A stretch of 64,000 bases of DNA, from NCBI RefSeq assembly GCF_009914755.1, contig NC_060937.1; one strand, given 5' to 3'. The notes under the pieces are model-generated. The model worked only from the letters and a program-made list of their open reading frames with translations. It was not told where the DNA came from and made no database searches. The position numbers and the translations under genes are program-made. Every line of letters begins with the position of its first letter. The first letter of the stretch is position 1. This DNA comes from the human T2T-CHM13v2.0 reference genome, Homo sapiens. Below, piece after piece: positions 25,090-38,709 of this stretch.

Positions 25090-26495
25090 ACACTTTTAGG
25101 TGCCCAGAAATTTGAGTTATCAAACATGGATTTTAGAATACCTGTGATTATTATTCAAGTAAGTAGATGGTGAGATGGTGAACTTCACCAGACAGCTATA
25201 ATGCATAAAAAGAATCAAATGGGAATTATGGAAATCAAAAATAAAATAACCTAAATTAAAAAAATTGACGGATGTGTTAAACAACAGGTTAAACATGGTA
25301 CAAGAAAGAATTAGTGAACTGGAAATGGACCAATAGAAAATATCCAGCTGAAATCACAGAGAGAAATAAGCAATTGCAAGTAGAAAAAGGCCATAATTGA
25401 AAAGACTACAAGAGATATACCAGACACCATTTAAAAAAATCTGACAAGTGTTAGTCTCCAAAGAGAAGAAAGAAATAATGTGTCAGAAGCAGTATGTGAA
25501 GACAGACTATGAATTTTGCAAAACTGACAAAAGACATAAAACCACAGACACATAAAGATTCTAGAGGCTCTACCAATGTCAAGCAATATAAATACAAAGA
25601 AAACCACACCTAGGCACATCAGAGTAAAACTGCTGAAAACTGAAGTCAGTGAGAAACGGTTCATTCAAAGAGCAATAATAAGACCAATGGCTGACTTTTC
25701 AACTGAAACTATGTTCAAGAGACGATGAAATGACATTTTTAAAGTGTTGAAAGGGGGCAGGGTGGGGGGAACTGCCAATCTGCAATGCTATAACTAGAGA
25801 AAATAAGCTTCAAAACTGAAAGTGAAAAAAAGAATGTTATTCTTATCTCATGACATATATAACATTTTATTCTAAGTAGATTGCAAACAAAAAAACAATA
25901 AATTCCATTTCATAAAATTGGGAACTTCTGTTAATCAAAAAACGTTACTAAGAAAGTAAAAAGACAAGCCCTACCCAGGGCAAAGTTATTTTTAATCCAT
26001 ATGGCTGGCAAAGGATTCATATCTACAAACTATAAACAGCTTCTAAGAAACAGTGAGAAAAAGACCAAGAGCCCAATTTGTAAATAATCGTCAGAAGATG
26101 TATTCAAACATTTTATAAAATATGACATCCAAGTGGTCAGTAAGCATTTGAAAAGGTGAGCAACCTCACTAGTTATCGATGAAATAGCAATTAAAACAAT
26201 AAGATAACAGCACTGGCAAAATTAATGGCAAATGGCAAAAGTGAAAAAGAAAATACCAAGTGTTGCAAGGATGAGAAACAACTGGAATCATCATTGGTGC
26301 ATTTAAATGGATACAAGGAATTTAGAAAACTGTTTGGCAGTATCTTCTAAAGCTCAACATATACCTGTTCTGTGACCTAGTAATTCTACTTGTAGATATA
26401 AACCCAACAAAAATATCTACCAAAAGAAATGTAAGGAATGTATAAAGCAGCATTATTTGCAAGAACCAAAAAATAGAAAAGTCCAAATGCCCAGC
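25090..26495 (+). mobile_element. Old L1M (L1ME-like): ORF1 remnant joined to ORF2 3' remnant
   Basis: ORF1-like 'gaaagaattagtgaactggaa...aaccacacctaggcacatcagagtaaaactgctgaaaac' to ~25830, then ORF2 3'-like 'aacttctgttaatcaaaa...ataccaagtgttgcaaggatgaga...ctgtttggcagtatcttctaaagct'. Confidence 0.75.
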
Positions 26496-27624
26496 ATCTC
26501 ATTCACACTTTCCAAACAGAATTAACTCCTTCTGCTACAGCAGACAGTTGTTTATGCACCTGTTCTCAATGCCTGCACCTCACTCCATCTCCACTCTCAT
26601 TAAACACTGGTCTTCAGTTACTCAGGGACTCTAGTGAATAAAAAGATCTTGGATGGATTCAGCAAAAGAGACCTAAATTATCTAAATGAAATGACATTAT
26701 TATTTTGACTTAAAGGTCAAAATTAAAAGCTTCTTTTAAGCACACATATCCTCACTGACCAGCTGTGGGGTTCCGTGCTAATCCAACTGTGGGAACACTA
26801 TTTGGGTGAGATTTGAAGAGAGATGAGATTCCACAATTCTGAAGAACTGGTATGTGTCCATGGACAGTTTATCTGGGAAACTTGACTTTCCAATGATAGA
26901 CAGTAGAGAGCAGATATATTTCCCAAGCATGTCTGTAATAGGCATACAAATTGTAGAAGCTGCATTATCAATTACTCAGTTCATTAATAATATAAAAAGT
27001 TAATGAGTATAGAAAAGAGTGAAAACTTACATTGTAATATGTAAGGTTTTTTTTCCTTTTTACTGTTTCCACTATAGCACACTTTATAGTCTTTTGGAAA
27101 TAGACTATAAAGTCTTAATAATATATTAACATGTAGATATATTATTAAGCATCAACATGGCGTTCCCAATATCCTGGGTCTTTTTAATGCTACTGAATAA
27201 CACCTCTAAAATATAAGCTTCACTCCCCATTTTTCCTTTACTCAGCACCTACTGAATGCAAAGCCTGCAAAGAGGACACTTCCACATCTTCCCCCTCTAC
27301 CTACACAAGTCCACTCCAAAGCAAATACAGGGCCCCAAATCACAAAGGAATTTTAAAGCCCATAGGTAGCTGATCTTTGAATTCTGGCAAGTTCTCTATT
27401 TGTCGCTATCATATTCGAAAGCATTTTTCAATTTGCACATGGATGATAATGCAGGAGACGATTTCTGATTCTCGTCAACTAGGAGATGTGAGTTGAGGGT
27501 GTCTTTTGTCAGCCTTCAAAGGGGAGGATCTTTTCACATGCAAACTGTGGATAAAGTTCCAACAGAGGGTTAAATCCAAGGTCAAGCACAGGTGTGTCCA
27601 GGTCTTAGTGAAATCACAATGAAT

Positions 27625-27850
27625 TACACCTTGTTCAAACCCTGGTCCCACAATTTTCCAACTGTAGAAGCTTGGGCAAGGAAATTGACTTTCCTCTGTT
27701 TCAAAGGTTTTCATCTGTCAAAAGGAGATAAAAATGCTTGCCCTGAGAGGTTTTTGTGGAAATTAAATGAAATAATTCATACGAAGTACTTAGTCTGATA
27801 AAGCCTTGTACAAAGGAAGCACTGAATAACTATCAGGCTTATTATTATTA
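27625..27850 (+). mobile_element. MIR SINE
   Basis: 'gttcaaaccctggtccca...cttgggcaag...tttcatctgtcaaaaggagataaaaa...aattaaatgaaataat'. Confidence 0.7.
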
Positions 27851-28344
27851 TTATTACTATCATCATCATCACAATAAAGATAATTATTATTATTCTATCA
27901 TCTCAGACACCTAAATATCATTTCTATATTAAGGCACAGCAGCACCATTTGATATCCTTTGGGAAAGAAACAGCCCTCCTTTTATTCTACATCTTTTTGT
28001 TACTCACTCATTAGCTCACTATAAATTTGTGCTTTTCTCTTATTACAATATCCATTGGACCAGAAATGCTTTTTGAATGGATAATAACAATGACAACCAC
28101 AATAATTAGCACAAACGGAGTGCTTATGTTGAGCCAGGCATGGATCTAAGGGCTTTACATGCATTCTGTCACAACCACCTCATACTGCAGGTACTTTTGT
28201 TACCCCCACCTGATACATTTACTAAGAGAATGCCAATGTATTTCTTCTGCACACCACCCAGACTCAGGTTTGCCATTTGGCCTCCAGGAAAGAAAATTTC
28301 TCTCATGTTTCTCTGATGGTGCTGTGCACGAGGCACGAAGGGGG

Positions 28345-28741
28345 TGAGATGGCTTGGATCTGTGTCCCCACCCAAATCCCATGTCAAATTATAATCCCCA
28401 GTGTGGGAGGTGGGGCGTGGCCGGAGGTGACTGGATCAGGGGGCCAGTTTCTCATGGTTTAGCACCATCCCCACTTGGTGCTGTAGTTGCAATAGTGAGT
28501 TCTTGTGAGATTCGGTTGTTTCCAAATGTGTGGTACCTCCCACCTTGCTCTCTCTTGGTCCTGCTCCTGCCATGCAAGATGCCTGCTCCTGCTTTGCCTT
28601 CCTCCATGAGACCTCCCAGAAGCAGATGCTACCATGCTTCCTGTACAGCCTGCAGAACTGTGAGCCAATTAAACCCCTTTTCTTTATAAATTGCCCAGTC
28701 TCAGGTATTATTTTATAGCAATGCAAGAACTGACTAATACA
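28345..28741 (+). mobile_element. MSTA MaLR solo LTR
   Basis: TG..CA bounded; 'ggatctgtgtccccacccaaatc...cctgtacagcctgcagaactgtgagccaattaaacc...ctgactaataca'. Confidence 0.88.
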
Positions 28742-29270
28742 GGGCAAGTTGCCAGGCAATGACCCTGGAGGCTAGTGAAGACATCACACAGGAGAAAATA
28801 AGACACATCTTAAAGAAGGAAAGACGCACCAGGCAGAGCAAAATCAGAAAACAAGCACAGCCTAGACCCCCTGGGGACTGGCAGCACTGCAGTGGTTGTC
28901 ATGGAAGGAGTGAGACAGGGAGGTTGAAGGCAGATGGGCCAGATTGTGGGGGACCCGCAATCCACGTGACGGCCTCGTCCTCTTAATAGTGTATAGATTG
29001 TGGTAGCAAGGAGCATGCCAAGAGTTTAACCTGGGGTTTCACATGATCTTTTCCACATATTTCCTCTTACAAAGATCCCTCAGAGCCACTGTGAAGGTTG
29101 GCAATACTAGACTCCAAGAAACATTGAAGGTAAAATATATGAAAGACGAAAGGACCAGCAGGGAGTCAGTGGTGGTGCAGCTGGAGGGGAGGGTCAGATC
29201 CCAGAAAGATGAGGTAGAGTGGAAAAGGTGTGATGGCTGATGGGATGTGGTTGGTGAAAAGGAGGGGACA

Positions 29271-29592
29271 GGCCAGGTGCAGTAGCTCACGTGTATAATC
29301 CCAGCACTTTGGGAGGCCAAGGCAGGAGGGTCACCTCAGGTCAGGAGTTCGAGACCAGCCTGATCAACATGGTGAAACCACATCTCTATTAAAAATACAA
29401 AAAATTAGCTGGGTGTGGTGGTGTGTGCCTGTAATGGCAGCTACTTGGGAGGCTGAGTCAGGAGAATTGCTTGAACCTAGGAGGCAGAGGTTGCAATGAG
29501 CCAAGATTGTGACACTGCACACCAGCCTGGGTGACAGAGCAAGACTCTGTCTCAAAAAAAAAAAAAAAAAGAAAGAGAGAGAGAAAGAAGGA

Positions 29593-29648
<56 letters not shown>

Positions 29649-29658
29649 AAAGAAAACC
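29271..29658 (+). mobile_element. AluS SINE with (GAAA)n-expanded tail, inserted in an antisense L2 remnant
   Basis: Full dimer; tail of A run then (GAAA)n; degenerate TSD gaaaaggaggggaca / gaaaaagggggaca. Confidence 0.93.
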
Positions 29659-30738
29659 GAAAAAGGGGGACAATCCAGTAAGATCCCCAGTCTCAGTGAC
29701 CAGGAGGATGGTGATAACAATGAAATAAACAAGAATACAAAACAGGAGGTAGGATTTTTTTTTTTTTTATTTTGGGCTGTTGAAGAAGATAATAACTTCA
29801 GTATTGAACATGTGGAAAGAGAACTGATAAGAACTTGTGAAATTCCTAAATTTCTAGGTTGGCAAATATTTAAAGGTAAAGAGAAGGGGCTTCTCTTTAA
29901 AGGTAAAGTGGAGGGGCTCCCGATGGGATTACAGGAGCCTTCTAGTGGTCGGAACCTTGGCTTGTGTCAAACAGCCTTGGGTTTCAGTCCTGCCACTGCC
30001 ATGGCAAGTCACATAGGGCTGTAGAGAATTGTGGGGTAAAATGGTAAAGGCCTGTGCACTTTGACTCCAAAATCTTACTTCTGGGGATTTATCTAAGGGA
30101 AATAATCCGGAGGGCTCAGGATGTGTGAACATGGCAGTTCCCTATAGCACTATTTATAGCAGCAAAACATGGAATTAAGTGCTCAAAAACAAGAGATAAG
30201 AAGTCATGTCACAACTATTAAGTAGAACATTATGCAGCCAGTAAAATGCATAGCCCTGCTTTTAGAGATGGAAAGATGTTCACCATCTGAGGAAGAGGCA
30301 GCTACTTATTCAATGTCCAGCCCAATCCCATTTCATGCCATTCTCTCCCCAGTCATTCTCTCCAAATGTCACCTCCTAAAAGAAGCCTCCTCTGACCCTG
30401 CAGTCCCCTCTATCTCCCAAGTCACTATGATTTCACCCAGTTCATTTTATCATTATTCATCAAGCATCTTAATCATGAGTGTCTGTTTCTCTGTCTATCC
30501 AGTTGGAACCCTGTGAAAATAGTAGTGACATTGAAATAAGACCATTTGTATTAAATGAGATGACACATAAATACATAAATGTGCCCGGCACAAAAGAAGT
30601 GCTAAATAACTGCCAGCCTTAGCCATTATTATTTTTCTTCCTTACATCTCTCTACTACATATTTATTTTCCTCTTCCTATCATCACTTTGAGATCTTTCA
30701 AAAGTCTTTTGTAATTAATAGGTAAATATTTTTGGTCG

Positions 30739-30792
30739 AAGGTAAATATACACCAATATTCAAGGGAAATATACACCAATTTTCAAGGGAAA
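30739..30792 (+). repeat. 23-bp tandem duplication (2.3 copies)
   Basis: aaggtaaatatacaccaatattc / aagggaaatatacaccaattttc / aagggaaa. Confidence 0.8.
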
Positions 30793-30930
30793 CCAGATTC
30801 TTTCTTAATGTAATTAAGAAACAGGCGCTTCAATTTCTTTCTGTAATGAAGACATTATTTATCATAATACATAAACATATATATACATATATATAAAGAA
30901 CATATTTAGTGGTTTATTAAAAATAAGATG

Positions 30931-31245
30931 GGCTGGGCGTGGTGGCTCATGCCTGTAATCCCAGCACTTTGAGAGGCCGAGGTGGGTGGATACTTAAGGT
31001 CAGGAGTTTGAGACCAGCCTGGCCAACATGCTGAAACTCCATCTGTACTAAAAATACAAAAATACAAAATAGCCAGGTGTGGTGGCGGGCTGTAATCCCA
31101 GCAGCTCAAGAGGCTGAGGCAGGAGAATCACTTGAACATGGGAGCTGGAGGATGCAATGAGCCAAGATTGTGCCACGGCACTCCAGCCTGGGTGACAGTG
31201 AGACACTCTGTCTCAGAAGAAAACATAAAAAATAAAAAATAAAAA
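30931..31245 (+). mobile_element. AluS SINE (Sx/Sz-like)
   Basis: Full dimer with duplicated 'aaaaatac' linker and A-rich tail. Confidence 0.93.
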
Positions 31246-33124
31246 TGAGTAATTAAGTTTTTGCCTATTTAAATATTTATGTTTGCCAATCCTTAAAAGA
31301 GGATCTGCTCTATGATAGATATCACTCCTTCACAAATTTCTTTTAGAAATTCATTTTGCATTGCCTTCTCCTTTTTTTTCCTCCAAGGCCTTATATAAAG
31401 ACTAGTATTATTTGAATGTCATGATTTTGAATAACACAGACACATTCTTTTTCTTGTATTTTTACTCTCTCATCTCCTTTGTGACACTCATGTTTTTATG
31501 TTTCTCTTCTGTTTTAACGAGATGAACGCCTAATTGTTCTTCCATAAGAGAAGTGACACATTAATGGGAGCATGCTAAATATAAGAGCATACATGGGGAC
31601 ATGTTCTTTATATGGGATTTGGAAAGTCAGAGAGGGCAGTCTCTATCAGGTACAGGCAGGAACTTTTGGTTCTGGTTTTAGAAGAGAGAAGCTTCTATTT
31701 TCAATGCCTTAAAATCTGTAAGAAGCCATTTTGCATGGCCATAGGAAGGTCACCTGATAAGGGTGCAATTGAAAATGCACTCCTTGGGCAGAAAATTTCT
31801 AATGCTCTACAACAATGGAGCAGTCTGCACATTTAGTAGCATGAAATTTGGGGAAGAATCGACAGACAACTGCATATCTAAAAAAGCTCATCCTAATTTG
31901 AGGGCAGGTTTTGTTAATAAAACGGGACATAAAGGTTTATATTCCCCTTCCAAAATAAAAAATAACTGCAATGGTAATAAAATGCCTTTGGTTAAGCTCT
32001 GCTTGCATTAAACTATCGCCCACAGCACCACGTCTTTTATGCTGGTGGATAGCTATGCTTCCACTCCTCAAGATCTTAAGCAACATACATTTAACAGCAT
32101 GACACGATAAAGGGAAAGCAAATTTCTTTTCTTCACACCAGATGGGAATAAGAAACGTGAGTGTTGTACACAATGAAACAATATCTATAAATCTAGCATT
32201 GTATCATCCCATTTCAGACTATAAAATTAGAAGATTCATCAGTTACACCTTCACTCATGAATTATACCTGCTGAGGTATGGGGTCTCTATGGGAAGACTG
32301 ATACAGATAACACCTTCCAGCAGGTTATATATCAGTGGGTGGCACAGCCCTGGCGGGAGCTGCAACTCTCAGATCCCCCTGCAATCGCACAGCTACGGGA
32401 TGTCAGGAGAATGCCTGGAGACAGAATTATTAGGAATCTGCTTATTAGCAACTCTGTAATTCATGGGCCAAATGGAGATCTTATTTCAAGGTTTCCTACA
32501 CACAGAAATGTTCCCAAACAATATTAAGTTAATAGTCAACATTGACTAAAAGTATTTTTCTATTATCAGGAAATTTATTTTTTTTATTAGAGAAGGAAAT
32601 GAACAGGTTTTCTCTTATTTCTTCCTCCCAGTTTCCAATTCTAACCCACATTCACACCCTTTGTCCTCATGATTCCAACAATGACGATGTGATATTTGCA
32701 AGGTGGTAAAAAGTTTTAGAGAGCTTCCGTGTTCATTATCTCATGTGATCCTTTAGCAACCCAGGAAGGTTGGAGCAGAAAAAGCTTAATGACTTGGCCG
32801 AGAGTTGGGATGAAAATTCAGATATTCTGAATACTTTTTTAGTGTCTTTTTTTTTCTTCAATGTGCTATGCTATGACATTTCCTTTCTTAGCGTTCCAGT
32901 GATATTAGCAAACTAGGTAAAATACACATCAGATGTTCTTTGTTTCCTGTATTCTTTCTCCTTTGTCTTTTTTAAAAGAATACCTATGGGATCCAAAGAA
33001 AAGAATGTGGAAGTTTCTGCCCATTTCCTCTCTATTTGAGTCACATTAGATGGGCACTATGCATGGCTACTGAAGGATGAGAAAGTTTACCCTGACTTGC
33101 CTGATTTGGGAATGTACAAAAATT

Positions 33125-33622
33125 AATTTAACCATGCATAATAAATTACCCAAAACTTAGAAGCTTAAAACAACAGTAAATATTTCTTATCTTTGACAAC
33201 TTGTTTCTCTGGGTCAGGAATTTGGAAGCTACTTGGCTGGGTAGTTTGGCTTGAAAAAGCTGTTCATGAAATTACAGTCAGGTGTTAGCCAAAGCTGGAA
33301 TTAACTGAAGCCTTAATCAGAGGGTCTGCTCCAAGGTGGCCCACTCGCATGACTGGCAAGGGGCTGCTGGCTGTCAGTAGAAGGCCACGGTTCCTCTCCA
33401 CATGAGCCCTTCACAGGGCTGCTTGACTGTGCTCACAGCAAGAGTAAGGGACCTGTAAAAGCAAATGGAAACCACAAAGCCCCGTAAGACCTGCCCTGGA
33501 AGCCACATGCCACCGGCTCAGCTGTGCTCAATTTCGATTAATCACACACGCCAGCTTGGATTCAGCCTGGGATAAAACTACATGTGTGAAGGACCATTGG
33601 GGCCATCTTGGAGACTGGTAGG
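33125..33622 (-). mobile_element. MLT1G/H-like MaLR solo LTR
   Basis: 'aaattacccaaaacttagaagcttaaaacaac...gggtcaggaatttgg...ggggccatcttggagactgg'. Confidence 0.75.
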
Positions 33623-33669
33623 ATTACTGTGGACTTCTCTGAGTAAGCCACTCACCATTCCATCCCTCC

Positions 33670-34433
<764 letters not shown>

Positions 34434-34532
34434 ATCCTAAGAAACCCGAATGTCCTGGGGCGTCCTGAATGTCTTGGCAGAGGATTGATGTCATGTTGTA
34501 TATTACTGGGACTTGCTTTTAACATCACCAAA

Positions 34533-34894
34533 TGCTATTAACTGAATGTTTGTGTCCCCCTAAAATTCATATGTTGAATCCCTAATCCCTATTGCAATGG
34601 TACTTGGAGGTGGGCCTTTTGGAGGTCATTAGGTCACAGGGATGGAGCCCTGATTATGGGATTAGTACACTTAGAAGAGTTCTCTCTCTCTCTCTCTCTC
34701 TCTCTCGCCCCTTCACACATGAGGATATAGCAAGAAGATGGCTATCTGCAAACCAGGAAGAAGGCCCTCACCAGAACCTACCAGCACCCTTATCTACGAC
34801 TTCCTATCCTTTAGAACTGTGAGAAATAAATGTTTGTTGTTTAAGCTGCCCAATGTATGTTAGTCTGTTATGGCAGTCCAGACAGACTGAGATA
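34533..34894 (+). mobile_element. MLT1A0 MaLR solo LTR
   Basis: 'ctgaatgtttgtgtccccctaaaattcatatgttgaa...agaactgtgagaaataaatgtttgttgtttaagc...agactgagata'. Confidence 0.85.
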
Positions 34895-34899
34895 CCCTC

Positions 34900-35650
34900 A
34901 CTCAACCTTTCTCTTGGGAACTCTCCCTCAGTCACATGGACACCATGAACCACCATGTATCCCTAAACCCCTGACCACACTGACCATAGTTTGTTGGTCC
35001 AGGAGTAGGCAATTGACCCAAGAGGGAAGGAGGTGTGGAAGATTCCATCCCCAGGCTACAACTGATTGTTCTGAACATTTACTGAACCAAGGAACTAAAG
35101 TATGGGTCACCCCTCATCAAGTTGCTCCTGATACAGGAAAAGAAAGAGATATATTGAGGATGAGGGTCGGGGAGGGGGAGAAGGAGAGGAAGGAGAAGGA
35201 GAAAAAAGGAAACACAATGAATTCATTATGTTCCCAGAGAGAATGATCAAAACACGGAAGATCTTCTCACAGATGTGCAAGAGTAAGACACCCGACTGCA
35301 ACACAGCCAATATAATCATTCCCTGAGAGTTTGAACTTGAGGCCAAAACAGACAAATAAACTTGAGGGAAGTCTCTCTTCCTCTAATGGTTGAAATATAG
35401 AGTATAAAACTTCCCCACATGAAGGAACTGGTCAGTAGTGAGAAAGAAAGAAGCTGAGATGCAGCACAAAGCAGAGGTTAGTGAAGACAGAAAGCAGAGC
35501 CCCTGCCTCCAGGTGAGCCTGCACCTTCTCATAACTTACAACCGCTACATCCTCTACAACCTATTGGATTCTGTGAATCAGTAAATTCCCCTTTATGTAT
35601 AAACTAGCCTAACAGAGTTGCAATATTGCTCATGCTACAACTCAAATACA
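34900..35650 (+). mobile_element. Old ERVL LTR (LTR33-like) carrying a foreign insert
   Basis: 'ttggtccaggagtaggcaattgacccaag' ... 'ccaatataatcattccctgagagtttgaact' ... 'cagtaaattccctttatgtataaactag'. Confidence 0.5.
35072..35281 (+). repeat. Local direct duplication, copy A (partner 36552-36798)
   Basis: First 89 bp align ungapped to 36552-36640 with 14 mismatches; similarity resumes after a variable purine tract. Confidence 0.9.
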
Positions 35651-36551
35651 AAGAAAATGTAAATTTTATATGGTTTTAGTGGGGAGAATATGTACTTGGT
35701 TTTCTCTAATCTGGGATAATTGCTCAATCTCTCCTATATTGGGTTGAACAGTGGAGAGAACTCTCATGGCCTTGTGGCTCTGGAGTACAACGGTTCCTGG
35801 AGTTCCAGAGCTCCTCTGGCTTCTGGCAGGGTGTCCTTGGTCTGCCTGATCACTGCTTATTCTGACAAAAGTCACAGCTGCAGGCCCTGCAGCTCCATGC
35901 AGCAGTGTGTAACCCATGCACAAGCCTCTCTCTGCCTGCACCCCGGTGACCCCCGCCTTGCACTGCCAAGGCCTCCCCAAGCTCTTGCTGAACACTGAGC
36001 CTTTGCTACATTCTCCCTGAGACCTTCTGAACCAGGGGGGTCTCCCTGCAACCCCTGCAGCCTCCTGTGGTATCAGACAGAAAATCATCATCCTCAGCAC
36101 TTTCCTCAACCTGCCTAACACACCCACCCCTCTCAGGCCTATGCAAGGGAGTTTCCTTCTCCCCACTCAGTCCCTTCTCTCCTTCCCACCATCAGCCTGC
36201 AGCAGGAATGAGTGGTTTCTCCACCTCTCTACCACTTGGGGCTTTCCTTACATAAAACCCTAAGCCCTCATCCCTAACCTGACATTCAAGGCTGTTATAC
36301 TGCTAATGCAGTGACTGTCTTTCCCTTACATCAAAGGTGACAATAAAGTAAGAGTTTAATGGCAATAAGGACTTAAGAAAATTTAAATAGATCGGCTTAT
36401 TATTTATATGACCAAAAATAGCCCCTTTAAGCAAGTTTGCATTCTATAATGTAAACCCAGAGTCCTAACTAATGCCACTAATGATTCCAGGTAGCAGTAA
36501 AAGAGTCGGGTGACATCATTCAGGCACTCGGTTAATTAGTCAACAATCTAT

Positions 36552-36798
36552 TGAGCATTTACTGAACCCAGAAACTCGAGTATGGGTTACCCCCCATCAA
36601 GTTGTTCATGATGTAGAAAAAGAAAGAGATAACTTGAGGAGCAGGGGAGGGGAGAAGAGGTGAGGGGAAGGGGAGACGGGAAAAGTGGGAGATCGGGGGG
36701 AGGAGGAAGAGAAAGAGAAAAAATAAAATACAATGAATTCATTATGCTCCCAGAGAGAAGAGATCAAAAGAAGGATGATCCCCACACAGATGTGCAAG
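36552..36798 (+). repeat. Local direct duplication, copy B (partner 35072-35281)
   Basis: Shared blocks 'catttactgaacc', 'tatgggt.accc', 'acaatgaattcattatg', 'cacagatgtgcaag'. Confidence 0.9.
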
Positions 36799-38045
36799 TG
36801 ACTAATTCAGTCCAGAAGGAAACCAGGCCCCCCTCACAGTGTTGAGAGAAGACAGCACCAGCCAGCCTTGTAGCCTGAGAAGCTGTCTCCTCACCAGGTT
36901 TGAGTCCATTGATTAAATTAAAATCTCTGAACGAGATCTCTTAAGCCTGAATCCAAAGTAGGACAGAGATCATAAAAGGGTATATTGTGCCTTATGCTTG
37001 GGCTGTTTGTGTGTATAAATGTGCAGTCCAGGATCTCATTTTTATTTACTTCGATATAAAATGCAGCAAAACAATAGTGGAAGGCACCGGCAAGGACCCA
37101 GGGACACAGGCCCGTCCACATGCTGCTGGGGGACTCTGAAGTGGTTCTTCCCCCAGGATCTCCAGTGGCTCCTGGTCTTCCCCTTATGTGACATTCAAAC
37201 CTGCTGTGTTTACATATTTAATGGCTATCTCTATGAGGACATTGTGTTTTCTTCTTCACAGCTGGATGTCCCCATTTAAGAGCCAACCCTGGACATAAAC
37301 TGACTGCTCAGCTAGTAAACATGTTTTGAATTCATAAACTCTTCAGGGTGGCAATTTGGCAATATGTATCAGAAGTTCTCAATTTTCCTTAGGAATTTAT
37401 GCTAAGAAGATGGTCAGGGATGGATACGCATAATTATTTACAAAAGTGTTCAGGACAATGTGGTTTACACTAGGAGAAATCCAGAAACAATGGAGATGTC
37501 CAGCAATAAAATCTTGCTTAAAAAACATTGGTACCATCTTTAAAAGAACTACTATGCAATCATTAAAAATGACAATAGTTATAATAAAACTATCACATTT
37601 GGTAAATCTGTGTTTTCTGTGTGTGTAGATGTATAAGCAAAGAAAAGAGCTCAGTAGGATGATCCTGACATATTAACAGTAGTCATCTTCAGGTGAAAAG
37701 TGTTCAGTTCACTCTTACTTGCTCAGTTTTGTTTATCTTCATTTCTTCAATATTATAAAATAGACATATATTTATTTCATTGTAAGAGTTTAAAAAAAGA
37801 AAAATAAGTAAATAGCCCCTCAGCATGTTGTACAGAAAGCTGGTTATTAAATCTCCAACTCATTAATTTGTCCCCACTTTCTGCACAGGCCTCCTAGTCT
37901 TCTGTGGATAAGTTATACCCCAGTGCTTAAAGGAGGTGCTTATAACAGGATTTACACATCTGTTTCCTTCCTTCCTGCTCACTAGAAGATGTGTTAGGAG
38001 GCTGTATGCTAGGGAAGATACAAGCAAGTCTTTGATAAAGCATCC

Positions 38046-38709
38046 ACTTCTACACTGCTGGTGGTAATGCAAACTAGTACAACCATTATGGAAAACAGTG
38101 TGGAGATTCCTTAAAGAACTAAAAGTAGAACTACCATTTGATCCAGCAATGCCACTACTCGGTACCTACCCAGAGGAAAAGAAGTCGTTATACAAAAAAG
38201 ATACTTGCATGTTCATGTTTATAGCAGCACAATTCACAATTGCAAAAATATGGAACCAGCCCAAATGCCCATCAATCAATGAGTGGATAAAGACACTATG
38301 GTATATAGTATGGTATATAATATGGTATATAGTATGATAGAATACTACTCAGCCATAAAAAGAACAAATTAAAGGCATTCGCAGCAACCTGGTTGGAATT
38401 GGAAACTATGATTCTAAGTGAAGTAACTCAGGAATGGAAAATCAAACATTATATGTTCTCACTCATAAGTGGGAGCTAAGCTATGAGGATGCAAAGGCCT
38501 ATGAATGATACAATGTACTTTGGAGACTAGAGGGAAAGGATGGAAGTGGGGTGAGGGATAAAAGACTACAAACTGAGTTCAGTGCATACTGGTCGTGTGA
38601 TGGGTGCACCAAAATCCCACAAATCACCACTAAAGAACTTACTCATGTAACCAAATACCACCTGTTCCCCCAAAACCTATGGAAATATATGATTTTTTTA
38701 AAAAAAATA
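38046..38709 (+). mobile_element. L1PB1-like LINE, 5'-truncated, perfect 11-bp TSD
   Basis: ORF2 C-terminal peptide WRFLKELKVELPFDPA..WNQPKCPS and an L1PB-type 3'UTR; TSD ATAAAGCATCC at 38035-38045 and 38710-38720. Confidence 0.93.

Noticed and set aside
38098-38337. L1 ORF2 peptide as an active element
   Set aside because: Only the last ~660 bp of an old, 5'-truncated L1.
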